From: Octopus bimaculoides
Taxonomy: Eukaryota
DNA length: 64,000 bases
Direction of reading: 5' to 3'
NCBI RefSeq assembly: GCF_001194135.2
Contig: NC_068989.1
Location: 94,340,650 to 94,404,649, forward strand
This document shows positions 39,652 to 52,050 of the stretch, piece by piece. The translations under genes were made by a program, and so were the position numbers. How positions within the stretch are numbered: position 1 is the first letter of the stretch; the number at the start of each line of letters is the position of its first letter. The notes under the pieces were generated by a model. The model was not told the origin of the DNA. It ran no database searches and saw nothing but the letters and a program-made list of their open reading frames with translations.

Positions 39652-39759
39652 GTAAATGGGGTGACTGTGTGCGTGTATGTGTAAAACGAAAAGAGTAATG
39701 TTGATATATTCATGAAAAAGAAGTGATAAATATTGGGTTCTAATTGTGGAACGAAGCCA

Positions 39760-39890
39760 ACAATTTCGAGGGAAAGATCAAGTTGATTATTCGATACAAG
39801 TGCTTCACTGGTACTTATTTTATCGACCTCGAAAGAATGAAATGCAATGTCGAGCTTGGTGGAATCTGAACTCAAGACAAAAAGACAACG
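39760..39890 (-). mobile_element. SINE (Meta-like domain), partial
   Basis: ctggtacttattttatcgacctcgaaagaatgaaatgcaatgtcgagcttggtggaatctgaactc is the reverse complement of the SINE core. Confidence 0.8.
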
Positions 39891-40390
39891 TATTGAGTAA
39901 TGTTCTTATATATTATATACAGTTCTTATATATATACAGTTTCACTCCTAAATTCCAGTATGACCGTTCGAAGTTTGTCAACGTAGGCTTTTTAAATGTT
40001 GTGGAATGTTAAAAGTTTAACATTTAAAATCATGTAAACCATAAAAAAGGTGTGTGAGGGAGGATCGCTAATAAAAAGTACAGGGTTTAGAAATTCGAAC
40101 AAGGTTCAGCAACAGAAACGAGGCAGAATTTGGAGACTACATAAGTTATCCAGAATTAGAAAGCGAGGTGGATATGGATAATATCAGATATATTGTCAGG
40201 TAGATTTCCTTGATTTAATGAATGTAACGATATAACAAGTCAAATATATATGCATAAAATCCGAGACACAGAATCGGTGTTAGCTATAACTGCTGAAAAT
40301 AAAATCCGCATAAAGGGAGCATTTTATTCCCAAAATCATCGGCATGTTAACATTAATGATAACGAAGGATTGTGAAATAGACTAATGAAA

Positions 40391-40680
40391 TTAGTCCCAA
40401 CTATGCAAATTCCTGGACTTGATGGCATTGCGTAATGCCGAATGTACTCCATCTAAGGTGAGAACCAGGAACTGCAATAGACTGGGGTTGAAAGGCTCAC
40501 TGCTCTTCAATACTCTCGGAAAAGAACAAAGAAACCTACATAATTTGAATGTGGATATCTCTTGACAGAAACTGGGCATTCTCCTATGCTCGATATCAGA
40601 TCAGCCGACGTCTGGGCATGAAGGATAGACGAGAGGTGTTGCAGTGTCAAACTTATTTATACACCAACTGTGCCAACAAC
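40391..40680 (+). mobile_element. LINE ORF2 3' end remnant (CR1/L2-type)
   Basis: VRTRNCNRLGLKGSLLFNTLGKEQRNLHNLNVDIS*QKLGILLCSISDQP...AVSNL resembles the post-RT xLFNxLPxxLR...FKxKLDxxLxxIPDxP pattern. Confidence 0.55.
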
Positions 40681-42822
40681 CAGGAGAAAAGCGTATCTAA
40701 AAGAGTAGCGATAGAAATTCAGCCGCCCAGAAGAAACCGGTCATATGCGAGGTATGTGGAAAGGGTACAGAGTCAAGGTGGTGCTCCAGAATGACCGCAG
40801 CTGCATTGCTAAAACGTATAAAACAGATGAAAGAAATATATCATGAGCGTTTTATCTAATTATGCATAAGTTCTTTAATCAGAAATCGTCCCTGAAACAA
40901 GATTTGATGACTTTTATATAAATATTAACATACGATTTCGTTTCAGTTTTAACGGTTATTCGCAGCGGAAACCGTTTGTACCGTTAATGTGCAAGAAGGT
41001 AATGAAATCAGTACCAGAATTATATTAAGATCGATTTTATTGAATGTATACTTTGACCATGTGAATAGTCAAAAGAAACCAATGGTTATTCACAAATAAA
41101 AAGAAATCCTTATATTCCGTGAAACCTCCACATATAACTTTACTATTCATATTAGATTTTGGAACTAGCTTTGAACGTAATGTATTTGAGAAACAAGTAA
41201 ATGTTTCGTCAAACGTACACGTATAAGTTAGACAATTTTAATGAATAGTTTGTTTGGTACCAGCAGCAATATTTTTACTATCAAATGAATAATAAAGATG
41301 TTTAATATCATCCTTATATAGATTCATGACACGATTCATTCTAAGTATCTACCCACATTTATATGTGTATATACATGTGTGTTTGTACCTATCTGCTTAT
41401 GCATGCATACACACAAATATATATGTATGTCAGTATATGTGTGTGTGTAAATATACGTATATGTATATACGCATGCATATATGTATGTATGTATATAATT
41501 ATTGTGTGTATGTGCGTGTCTTCTCCAACATATTCTAATTTCAGCGTCTTCAGAGCCTAACACATTACCTATCGAAGATACTATAAAATAAAATGGAAAC
41601 ACAGTTTGATTAAAAGAGAATTATCCACACGCTACCGATCTGTTTTTATCTGTTGAGTTAGAAAGGAAGGCGAAGTAGATAGCATTTTACATTATCTTCG
41701 AGACTGTTAGGACGTTGGCTCGGAAACACGGCGTGTAGAGGTTGGAAGCACCCCTCTAAAATTTCTGCAGGGTACCAAATCAAAGTCTTTTTCTATAGTA
41801 CAATGCAGCAACTCCGACTGGCACATAAGAAGTTGTACAATGGAAACACCTTGAACATCCTCCTGAAAAAACTTCGTTACCAAAACAAACGAGCGTGGAA
41901 ATATTTTTGGACTGATCGAGAACATTACTTGATTGATGTACAAATATAATAAAAGCAATACTTATTCTTAAACCTATGTTTGTTTTGATATTAAGATTGA
42001 AAATAATTGGCCTCGTTTCTAAACATTTTCAGCCTCGAGGCAAATTTCGTCACCCGTCATATTTGTTAGGTAAGCAAACAGGCACTGTAAACCGTGTAAC
42101 TAGCTGGAATCTTTGTCAAGGACGAAACATTCCGTTAAAGGCATCCACGGTACCAGATGGTTATGTTAAATCGGGCCATAGAATTATTTTACTACCAAAA
42201 TACGCCGTGACTGGATTCGAAATCAGAATATAAAAAACTGTAACAATACCCTTGTATTTGTAACTTTAGTTACGGACCTTGAACAAACGAAAAACTAATT
42301 TTATAACGGGAAATCAACTTTAACCGGAGAAAGTTTGAAAAAATCTTCAAAGTATTCTATCCGAATGTCTAAGAAAACGTTGATGACAAGGTCTGCGGTA
42401 AATCTGTGTAAATACGGTAGAGCTCAAGTGATGAAAATGTCTTATAATGATAATCTAATACAGAAAGATTTAAGCAGCTGTGTAATGTGTAAATTGTGTG
42501 GAAGTCAAATTTTAATTTTTTTCATTTATATTGGGTGAAATATGAGCCAGTTATTTACTGAATTTCGATACAGCCTATGTAGACTACAACGAACATTTCA
42601 GATGTTAATTTTACAAAGAAATGATTTACTTTCGAAGAGAGCAAATGTGTTGAGATGGTCAGATAACTCTAAGTCGTAACGTTTGTCCCCATTTAAACCA
42701 ACACCAAATTAAAGTATCTAGTTATTTGATCTCAAACGTAACAGTTACGAGAGAGAAAAAGAAGAAACCTAATAAATTTAGACCAACTTCTTAACATCTA
42801 ATCCAGTTCCAGGACCGCAATG

Positions 42823-42827
42823 ACGTT

Positions 42828-42858
<31 letters not shown>

Positions 42859-42918
42859 TTCTTCTTCTTATTCTTCTTCTTATTCTTATTCTTATTCTTC
42901 TTCTTCTTCTTCTTCTTC

Positions 42919-42981
<63 letters not shown>
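42823..42981. repeat. (TTC)n/(TTA)n compound microsatellite
   Basis: Directly visible. Confidence 0.95.
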
Positions 42982-42982
<1 letters not shown>

Positions 42983-44869
42983 GTTTTAATGATTATTTGT
43001 CCATACTTTGTATGTATTTTGTGTCGTTCATTTGCAATATTCTATAATTTGTGATTGATCATTCTGCGAATTTATGTAATTTTTTCTTTGTACATGATTC
43101 AATAAATTCAGTATACAAAGTATAAGAAAGGAAATAAAAGCTACCATTTGGGTGCTAGCCATATAATTCATTGTATTTCCTATCATATCAGATTGATTGT
43201 AACAATTTCTCCTCTATAGTTTCTCTCTCTAATATACTTTACAATTACTTCAAAATTCTACACGTTTCGACAATCCACAGATGTTTTATTTTCTCTCTTA
43301 GTTCTGTTTTATATTGACATACGACACTAATAACCCTCGCCAAAATACAGTTTCAATACGACATTAAGGTTTCTTACTTGAAAGCAACAAACTTCGCTGT
43401 GTAATTACATAGCACTCGAATATATACACTACATCGTTCGAAAATGCTGTCAAGTTCGCATGGCATATCTCTTTCTTGCTCTCTTACTCTCTCCCTCTTT
43501 CTCCACTTTCTCTTTTTCTCTCTCTATTTTGCTAATTACAGTTATTCAGTTATATCTTACCTCTATATGTGAGACACTAAATATATATCCACCAGTAAAC
43601 AAGCAATCATATAGACACATAAAAAGTGTATTGATGTTACCAAAAAAAAAAAAGAAATCTAAAAGAAAATAATAATCATTCGAGTATATTCCATTAGTTC
43701 CAGCGACAGATATTATATCAACCAGGACCTAATGTATTTCTTTATTTAAAGTATGATTACATTTTATTATTTTTTATGTAAAACTACAGCACAAAAATAA
43801 AAAGCGTACATACAAATTATAGAAGAACTGAATAAAAATTACACTGACCTGATCGAACAGGTTAAGTCATCATATTACATAACACTAATTGCATCAATAA
43901 TTAGATAGCGTAACAACGTTATATTTCAACGTATAGGTCTCGGTTTCAACCAGTATATTTACAAGAATATATTTACAAGAATATAAAGGCAAAATATGCC
44001 TGGTTAGCAGGGTTTATAAATTACCACGGAAATGGTGCTCCAGTTTATTGTGTTGTAGAATGTGCCAATACAGATTCTGTTCTGTTACCTACGGTCTGAT
44101 CGAAACATAATATTTAAATACATGCAGGTGTAATTCCTTATACATACGCGGAAGCTATAATAAGATATCAATGTGTGATAGAGTTATGTCAGGTTATTTT
44201 CTGTTGGTCCACAGACATCGATCTTAATTTTTTTCTTTGTTGTATTTTTCTCATTTTCATGACCCCCAGTGAATCGATATGTTGTTCTTCCAGCTAAATA
44301 GGTTTAATCTAGTGACTAGGGTGTACATTAACCGTTAGTCTTCGGAGAATTTATTTCCAACCTAAAATGTATACAGACACTCGAGACCTACCCTAAGATT
44401 GTTAAACAAACTTATTGGCATGCAAAAAAATCAACAAGTTTATCCAACCTCTGGCTACAGATGGCCTATTTCTTCTGCATTCTACTACTGTTATTGCTGT
44501 TCAGTATGATCATTGAATTTGGTTGGCCTCAGAAAACGCCACTCATACGCTTCCGATTTGCTTGTCATTCCGCTTCAATACACCTATAGTGTAGGCTTTT
44601 AACTAAGGGCGTATTAAACAGTCGTTCTATCCAGGCTTTCTTCCAGAGAACATTAGTTCTTTAATGAGCCAAAATAGACCTTACATTTCTTAACCTTCGT
44701 TCTCATATGTAACAGAGAGTCTTCGAAGCTTCTGGGTAAGAAACCTAAATCCAGAAAATAAAAAATAAAAAAGGTATTTTTAAACTATTTAAAAATTCTT
44801 AATCTATATTTTTAAAGTAAGTTAGGGATGCAATGATTAAGAACTCCTTATAATATATATGCATGTTAT

Positions 44870-45000
44870 GGTGGCAAGCTGGTAAAACACTTAGCGGCAT
44901 TTCGTCCAAACTTAGGTTCTCAGTTATTTTATCGACTTTCGGGGTCGGTAAAATAAGTAGCAGTCGAGCAGTGGGGTCACAGTAATCGTTCTATGCCCTT
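44870..45000 (+). mobile_element. rearranged SINE (Meta-like domain)
   Basis: ggtggcaagctgg head, cttagcggcatttcgtcc and ttcggggtcggtaaaataagtagcag core; internal deletion with a fold-back segment. Confidence 0.75.
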
Positions 45001-45662
45001 CCTTTTGAAATCAATATGTATGCATATCTCCGATCTATCGAGTTAATGCATCATAGGACCAAGTTGTCAAAACACAGTACGGCCATTGATCGTTCCCGTG
45101 ATCTTAGAGGAAATATCTTAATTAAATGCAAGTGCTGGCTTCCATATATATGGCTTATTTTCAGATTTATAGCATCGTCGTTATGTAGTAACTTACAAAA
45201 TGCTAATTGTCTTTGTGCGTATATCACTCTCGCGTGCTTTGTTACATTTGTAAACATATCCACACGGATCTATAGTAATTTCAAGAACGTTATGAAAAAT
45301 TAGAGAACGTATCATCAAATAATTGATCTTCGACTGAGGCATTTTATCTTAAACACATATTTTGATATTCCTACGAATATAACATAACACTTATGCAAAG
45401 CTTAAAGAAAATCTCGACTTTATTTTAACATAAATTTTAAGTATGCATTAATGTGTTAATGCATATATTATCACTCTAGGATTCTATTCACCGCATGAAG
45501 CTAGTCATACAATTCAATCAGGAATCAATTTGTCATTTCAGAAATTGTCGCCAGTGTTATATGCAAAGTGCTGTGGTTTGTATGAAAATATTCACCAAAA
45601 CTTTGTCTTATAAAAAGGGTCACAAATAACATGAATCTATGCATAAATACATGAAGAAAGAA

Positions 45663-45693
<31 letters not shown>

Positions 45694-46403
45694 ATCAGTA
45701 TATGATTTAACTTATTAAACAAAGTTCAACAAGTTCGTTCATATTTATGAAATGAAGGAGATTGGCTGTTCAAATGGTTTATAGTTTTTATTTTTAATAT
45801 TCCTATACAATTGTTTCATACAAATGGACCCAGATATTCACAAATAGAACATCATAATAGTCAAACTTGTACTCTTCAGTAAAAAATATTTAAAGTTAAG
45901 ACAAAATAAAAAGACGTTTAAATACATACATAAGTTTTACATATATACATAAGTTTAAGGGATTTATAAATTTGTTCTTCCAGTCAGGCTCATTTGAATC
46001 TAGGCTAAAAAAAATAAGAGGGTGTGTGCGCTAATATATGTAATATTTAATTTGATTTCCTCTCTATAAAAGCAATATACATCTCTATTTAAACCCCTTA
46101 ACTGTTTTTTTTTAATTTTACTGATCAAGCTGTATATGAATGTTCGTTCGGAATTACCAAATAAGTAGCTTTATGTTATTTCAAATTCATATTTAATATT
46201 TCTTAACCGTCAACACTCCTTTCCACTTAAGATTTTTAGGAGATCGGTAGTTGATATTAGGATGTGGGAAATAAAGTTTTTTTTTTTTTATTTTAGTATT
46301 TTATGAATAATAGGTTAATAATTCATTGACACAAATATGTGTTATATGTCGTAATTAATTATCTAACCACGGCCTGATATATTTAAAAAGAACATTATGC
46401 AAT

Positions 46404-46620
46404 ACTAGCAGAAATACCCGGCGTTACCCAGGTTAAAGAGAATAATGAAATTTAAAAACACCGTCTAGATTACGCAGGTCTTAACTGCTCGTATCCGAGA
46501 TACCAACTTTCTACATTGATAACTCTGCAACCCATGACAGCATGGAACATAGACGTTAAGTGAAATGTTAAAAGAAAGTTAGTATTTTTGAAAAAATATT
46601 CCATTTACAAAATATCCAAA
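46404..46620 (+). mobile_element. Helitron/Helentron-type non-autonomous element, 5' part
   Basis: About 70 bp near-identical to 36713-36785 (actagcagaaatacccggcgttacccaggttaaagagaataatgaaat...ccgtctaga.tacgc). The right boundary is uncertain. Confidence 0.6.
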
Positions 46621-49262
46621 ACAATTTACCTTCCAGCTTTGTCCACAAGAGAACATCAACAGCGACGAATTGTTGAAGCAATTGCTACCATATTCAAGTA
46701 ACGATGAAAATAACTTTCATAAATTCAGACAAGCTGCATGCAGTGGGAGTAAATATTGCTGTTCAAAGCTTAAGGAAGACGTATTAAAAAATGGGGCAGC
46801 AACTCATCCATCAAAAATATTCATAATATTCAGTCATCGCAACCATGTATCAGTTTATTTATTATTGGTTTATTTCTCTTATTGATGGAGTCAGGTGACC
46901 TTTGTGTGAAGTGTGCACGTGTAGAACAGTCAAATTTGTTATTTGTTGTCCATAGAACAAATTATGTTTCCCATAATTATCAGTTAATCTTCCTTATTGC
47001 GTGAGAGTAATTTTATCATCAGTGATCTAATGATACAAGGAAATATCCAGGTTAATTTCTCTCGAGCAGATAATTCACTGAATTACTATTGATGGATGAC
47101 CTTAAGCTACCGTTTGGTATTGCCTAACTTAAGTATGATATGATATATTATATTGAATATAAGCTGTGTAGAATCACGAATTAAGTAATATGTTGATATG
47201 AAAGCACGATTTATAATCTCAATTTTGTTTTGTTTTCCTGACTATAAATTCTTCTGATGTTATCTTTTGTCCTGTAACTTTGCCGTATATGTTAGTGATA
47301 ATGCCGGTTAGTGTCCTCGTTTGTGCGCTTCTTTGGTAGGATCATTTTGTTATATCTGTATCTAGTGTTTCTTTATTCAAGATGAACATATAATTTATTA
47401 ACGCATTTAGCTTTATTTTGCTGTATGACATCATACCAGTTTTTTTCCACAGGGTTTGAATTTCATCTACCCCACATGATTACTAGTTGCCTCTCATAAT
47501 TTACATTTTATTTTCTGCATTGGTACTCAAACTATTTTTGTGTTTCTCCTTGATTTAAATTTCCAGCTCTTCTATAAGTTTCTTCATTCGATCGTTTTCC
47601 CTTTATGAAGACTTTCTACCTTTCATATTCAAGACGTAGAATACATTCTAGTTTTCTTTTTACTTCCTGAGTCTCTAATTTTATTGTTGTTTTTATGTTA
47701 AAGATTCGTATACCACCCCTAAATATTCATTCACTTCGAATTGTATGATTTGTTATATGTTAACTTTAACCTTGTGAATTAACATTCCTTTTTGCAATTT
47801 TAGTACCTAATTGTCTGGAGTACCTTTATTGTAAATTTGCTTTTTCCTGAAATTACATATTTTCATCTTACCTCTGGATTTCATTTAAGTTAGTTTCATC
47901 CTTTCTTTCTCGCAATATATCTCATAGCTCTTTCGTCTCGAAGAGTATCCATATTAAGTTATTCAAGTTTCGCACGTATTTCGATACGTTATGTTTTTAA
48001 TAATTACATTGCTACAGCGTAAATTGTAAAAGACAACTTTCCCTTTAACTCCTGTATAGCACCAATTTAAGCCAAGTGCTGGGCTGATCAAATAATAGAG
48101 CCTATCCGACTATTTGTCGATATCGTTGAAACATACCTTTCTTCACCAGACAAATACAACGGACAGCTGAATAGGCACGTACAACTGTTTGCAGTTTGTG
48201 CACGAAAAACATGTTTGAACCTTACTATTTATCTAATTCACAAATAAAGCATTTTTACAGAGTAAGTAACTTGCAGAACGAGATGGCACATAATGGAGGA
48301 ATGGAAAGACGTAACTGGAAATCAAAAGAAACAGCAAAAATGGAGAATAGTTTCAAGAAACTAGTTTTATACTACGAGGAAATAATAAAATGTAAGTAAA
48401 CAAAATAGAATAAAATAAAAAATGTAGAAGATATTCAAAAGAGAATAAACAGGGAAAACTTCTGAATATACTGAAAAATTCAAAGCAACAATGGTAGAGA
48501 GTTAAACAAATATCACAATGATGATAACAATAGAAACAATGCAATAACAGATCGTTTAGTGAAGGCTATAATCAACTTCATAAAACCATCACCGGAATCA
48601 TATCAACCTAATGTTAGCTGTAGACAAAGCGTAGAAGGAGACAACACATTACACAATACACATCATTATGTAATATAAAATCAATTAAAATGATAAACAC
48701 AAACAAAAGGACAAATGAAATCCGATGTATATAAAAAGATGAGAAAGAGAGAAAAATTGTTTTTTTCTTTTTTGTCTGAAGTTCAAAGTGATGTCAATCG
48801 CTTCGTGAGAAAATGAAATTCGCTTATACAAAGGTGAAAATTATACGAGATATACTATGCTCCAGCAGAAAGTGCAGAGATTACTTAGACTTGGTACAAA
48901 TACTTCGCCTAATCTTAATTAACAGAATCATGAACTTTGGAAATATCCTTCATCACAGTGTCAGACGATTTCACCTCTTATCGACAAGGTAAGTATTGGC
49001 CTTCGCAAAACGATGTTTTATCGTTAGTTTCTGGTCAACCACAGCCTCCTTGAGACGTTGTCAGGTGTCATATCTGTCTCCCTCGTGTCTTTTATCTGCT
49101 GTTTGAGTAACGACTTACTTTTGTTCAAAACACAACATGGTGGCCTTGTTAGGACGCCTTATCAACCCACTACAACGAAGTCTAACGATGTCTTGTATCC
49201 TTAGACAACACCCAATGTGTGTGTGTCTGTATGTTTACATGTGTCTGCGTATGTATGTTTGC

Positions 49263-49309
<47 letters not shown>

Positions 49310-50223
49310 CATACATATAATTTAATATACACAACCACAAAGGAGCTGTCAAGTGATTCCTGCCTAAAGATACATTAAATTGGCATATTTATTTAACATG
49401 CCATATATCTCCAAGCAACCTTTGAGGCTCAGATTGCTTGCAGGTATATATCATTTTATATAAATCTGTCGATTTAATGGAATTTAAAGCATGTAACTAT
49501 TAATTACTCTTCTTTAATTGTGCATAGTAGATTATATTTATCTCTTTTTGTCTTTCACTGGATACCGTACATTTTCGTTGCTCCAATATGTGTATGTATG
49601 TGTGTGTGTATATATTTATATATATATATATTTGTTCATATGATGATATCTCCACAATATGTTGATGAGAAAAACATGTAATCGCTACTAATATAGCAAA
49701 AGATTTCTCCGCAAAAGTCTAAAGTAGACTCCTTAAGGATCGCTCTCCTTGGTTATATATCAAAAATTTTAATTTAAAAGAGAGTTTTGACGCTGATATC
49801 CATTATTATAGAACTTTATTCCTATGTCAACATTTCTGGATAAGGCTATATTTAGCTGTCAAATTCAAGTCAAATATATAATTTACCTTACACATCTTCA
49901 GGGTAAAAGGTAAAGAACAAAAAGTAAACACCAAAAACATCGTCTCTAAGTCAAGTCATATTCAAATTTCTCCTTAAATAACTCGTTAAATAAATTCCTC
50001 CTTAAATAAAGGCCCGTTAAAAGGAGAAAAACTCCTCATAATATTATTAATTAATTATAAACAATCACATATTACAATGGAAATCTATATTATATTATCT
50101 CTAGAAACTTTAGCAAATAAGAGCGACACTACATCAGACTAAACGTGCAAACATGTATGATTTAATATTTGTTTCATAACGCACCACTCCGATACGTACA
50201 GAATAACGTTCCACTCGGTGACC

Positions 50224-50430
50224 CGGCAGAATAATTATCGCGCTAGTCGAAACGCTTAGCTGTATTTCGTCTGTCGCTGCGTTCTGAGTTCAAATTCGGC
50301 CGAGGTCGACTTTGCCTTTTATTCTTCGGGGTCGATAAATTAAGAACCAGTTACACACTGGGGTCGATGTAATCGACTTAATCCCTTTGTCTGTCTTTTC
50401 CTTTCATGTTTAGCCCTCTGTGGGCAATAA
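50224..50430 (+). mobile_element. tRNA-derived SINE (Meta-like domain)
   Basis: gttctgagttcaaattcggccgaggtcgactttgccttttattcttcggggtcgataaattaagaaccagttacacactggggtcgatgtaatcgactta. Confidence 0.85.
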
Positions 50431-51478
50431 AGAAAGAAATGATTTTTCACTCGGAATCAGTTACTTCTTGCAATGCGGCTAGAATGAGTGTCGTACTGAA
50501 ATATTGTGACACATAATAAAGTATTATATTCATTCTCCGGTTTCTCACTTTGGTGTGTATGTGTACGTGTGTGTGCATGCGCGCTCGTGCGTGTGCGAAT
50601 GTGTTAGTATCTACATACACAGGCACACACATATATATATATATGTACTGACGTAGATGTGTGTGTGTGCGTGTAAAATACATGCTACGACTTGGTGAAG
50701 ACTAAGAGAAACACTTTAGAATATTTAAGATGAACTCTTACTAACGACCGTAGTTGTTGCTTTACAGTTAACTGTACACTTCCGTTTGTTAGATGAAGTT
50801 GCTTTGATACACAGTTCACATTGCCTAACCTCATGGAACTCGTCAAAATTGATAAACTGAGATGGCTTCGATGGGTATGGAACGTGTTGTAAGATCTCAC
50901 ATTAACCCCAGAGTCGGTTATTTATATAATGATGGTTAAACATTTATAACTTTGAAATACATAAGAAACAAGTATTATCATGTTTGATAATTTGAACTGA
51001 AACGTAATGTTGATTTAAGGTGAAATAATACACCGGATAGAAATTAATCATTGTGATAGGACCTGGATATTTTATTGTCATGAGATGTTATGCAACGCGG
51101 AATGAACTTCTATGTAGCCTAAGAGAAAGGGCTTATATATTCTAACAACAGAATAATTTTATTAGTTTATTTGAAACATAGCAGATGTCGAATAGATGGA
51201 TGTATTCTGACCCAATAAGGTTCGATTAGAGAGTGAAAACTCGCCGTTTATGAAGAACATTTTGTAGAAAATGACAACAGGCTAAATCCAGTCCAATAAT
51301 GAAAAATTATGCAGGTGAAATACTAATCTATTTATTATATATTTGCCATATACAACTATTATGTATCACTGCGTGCAATGATAGTATCCAATATAGATAT
51401 TGCAACGACGATATGAAATTCAGATTGGTAAATAGGATATGATTTGTTCGATCGCAAAAATTACGGAAGCACAGCGTG

Positions 51479-51523
<45 letters not shown>

Positions 51524-51527
<4 letters not shown>

Positions 51528-51793
51528 TATGATTAGGGATGACCACTAAGTGGACATCCATTATGCTAGAGATAGACCATCTACGGTCAAATTCAGCGCA
51601 CACCAGAACATAAACGAGAAAGACAAATGAAAATATACAAAATATAGAATTAATCGTAGACTTGGTTTCGCACATTAACGGATTAATGTAATTTTTACTT
51701 ACATAACCCATCCGTGGTTCATCAGTACGACCGTAGATGGTCTATCTCTAGCGTAATGGATATCCACTTAGTGGTCATACCTTCTCATGTGTA
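51524..51793 (-). mobile_element. small inverted-repeat element carrying a hammerhead ribozyme (PLE/retrozyme-like)
   Basis: 48/50 inverted repeat 51539-51588 / 51729-51778 (plus 11/15 outer extension) enclosing a 140-nt spacer with a hammerhead on the minus strand. Confidence 0.7.
51652..51732 (-). ncRNA. type I hammerhead ribozyme motif
   Basis: 5'-GGTCGTA CTGATGA A C CAC GGAT..ATGTAA/TTACAT..ATCC GTTAAT GTG C GAA AC CAA GT C TACGATT-3'. Stem I is 7 bp (2 G.U), stem II is extended, stem III is 2 bp with a CAA loop, and the triplet is GUC. The core-closing pair of stem II is C.C. Confidence 0.7.
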
Positions 51794-51898
51794 TGTAATA
51801 TAATTTTTTTATGCTAAGCCACTGGTTTTAAATTGGTGTTAATTAAATTAATATCCAATTTATCAACCTTATTATTCAAATTTTATATATATATATAT

Positions 51899-52050
51899 GC
51901 GGACATTTTTCTGCTTCCGTCGATCAAATCCACTCACAAGGATTTGGTCGGGCCATAGCTATAGTAGAAGACACTTGTAGAATGTGCCACCCAGTAGGTC
52001 TGAATCCCGAATCATGTGGTTGGGAAGTACGCTTCTTACCACACAGCCAC
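51899..52050 (-). mobile_element. tRNA-derived SINE, CORE-like family
   Basis: Reverse strand gtggctgtgtggtaagaagcgtacttcccaacc...gtggcacattctacaagtgtcttctactatagctatggcccgacc. Confidence 0.75.

Noticed and set aside
47200-47900. Purine-rich minus-strand stretch resembling old LINE sequence (similar stretches at 7.1-7.3, 15.3-15.4, 19.0-19.2 and 31.9-32.1 kb)
   Set aside because: Too decayed to show diagnostic motifs by eye.
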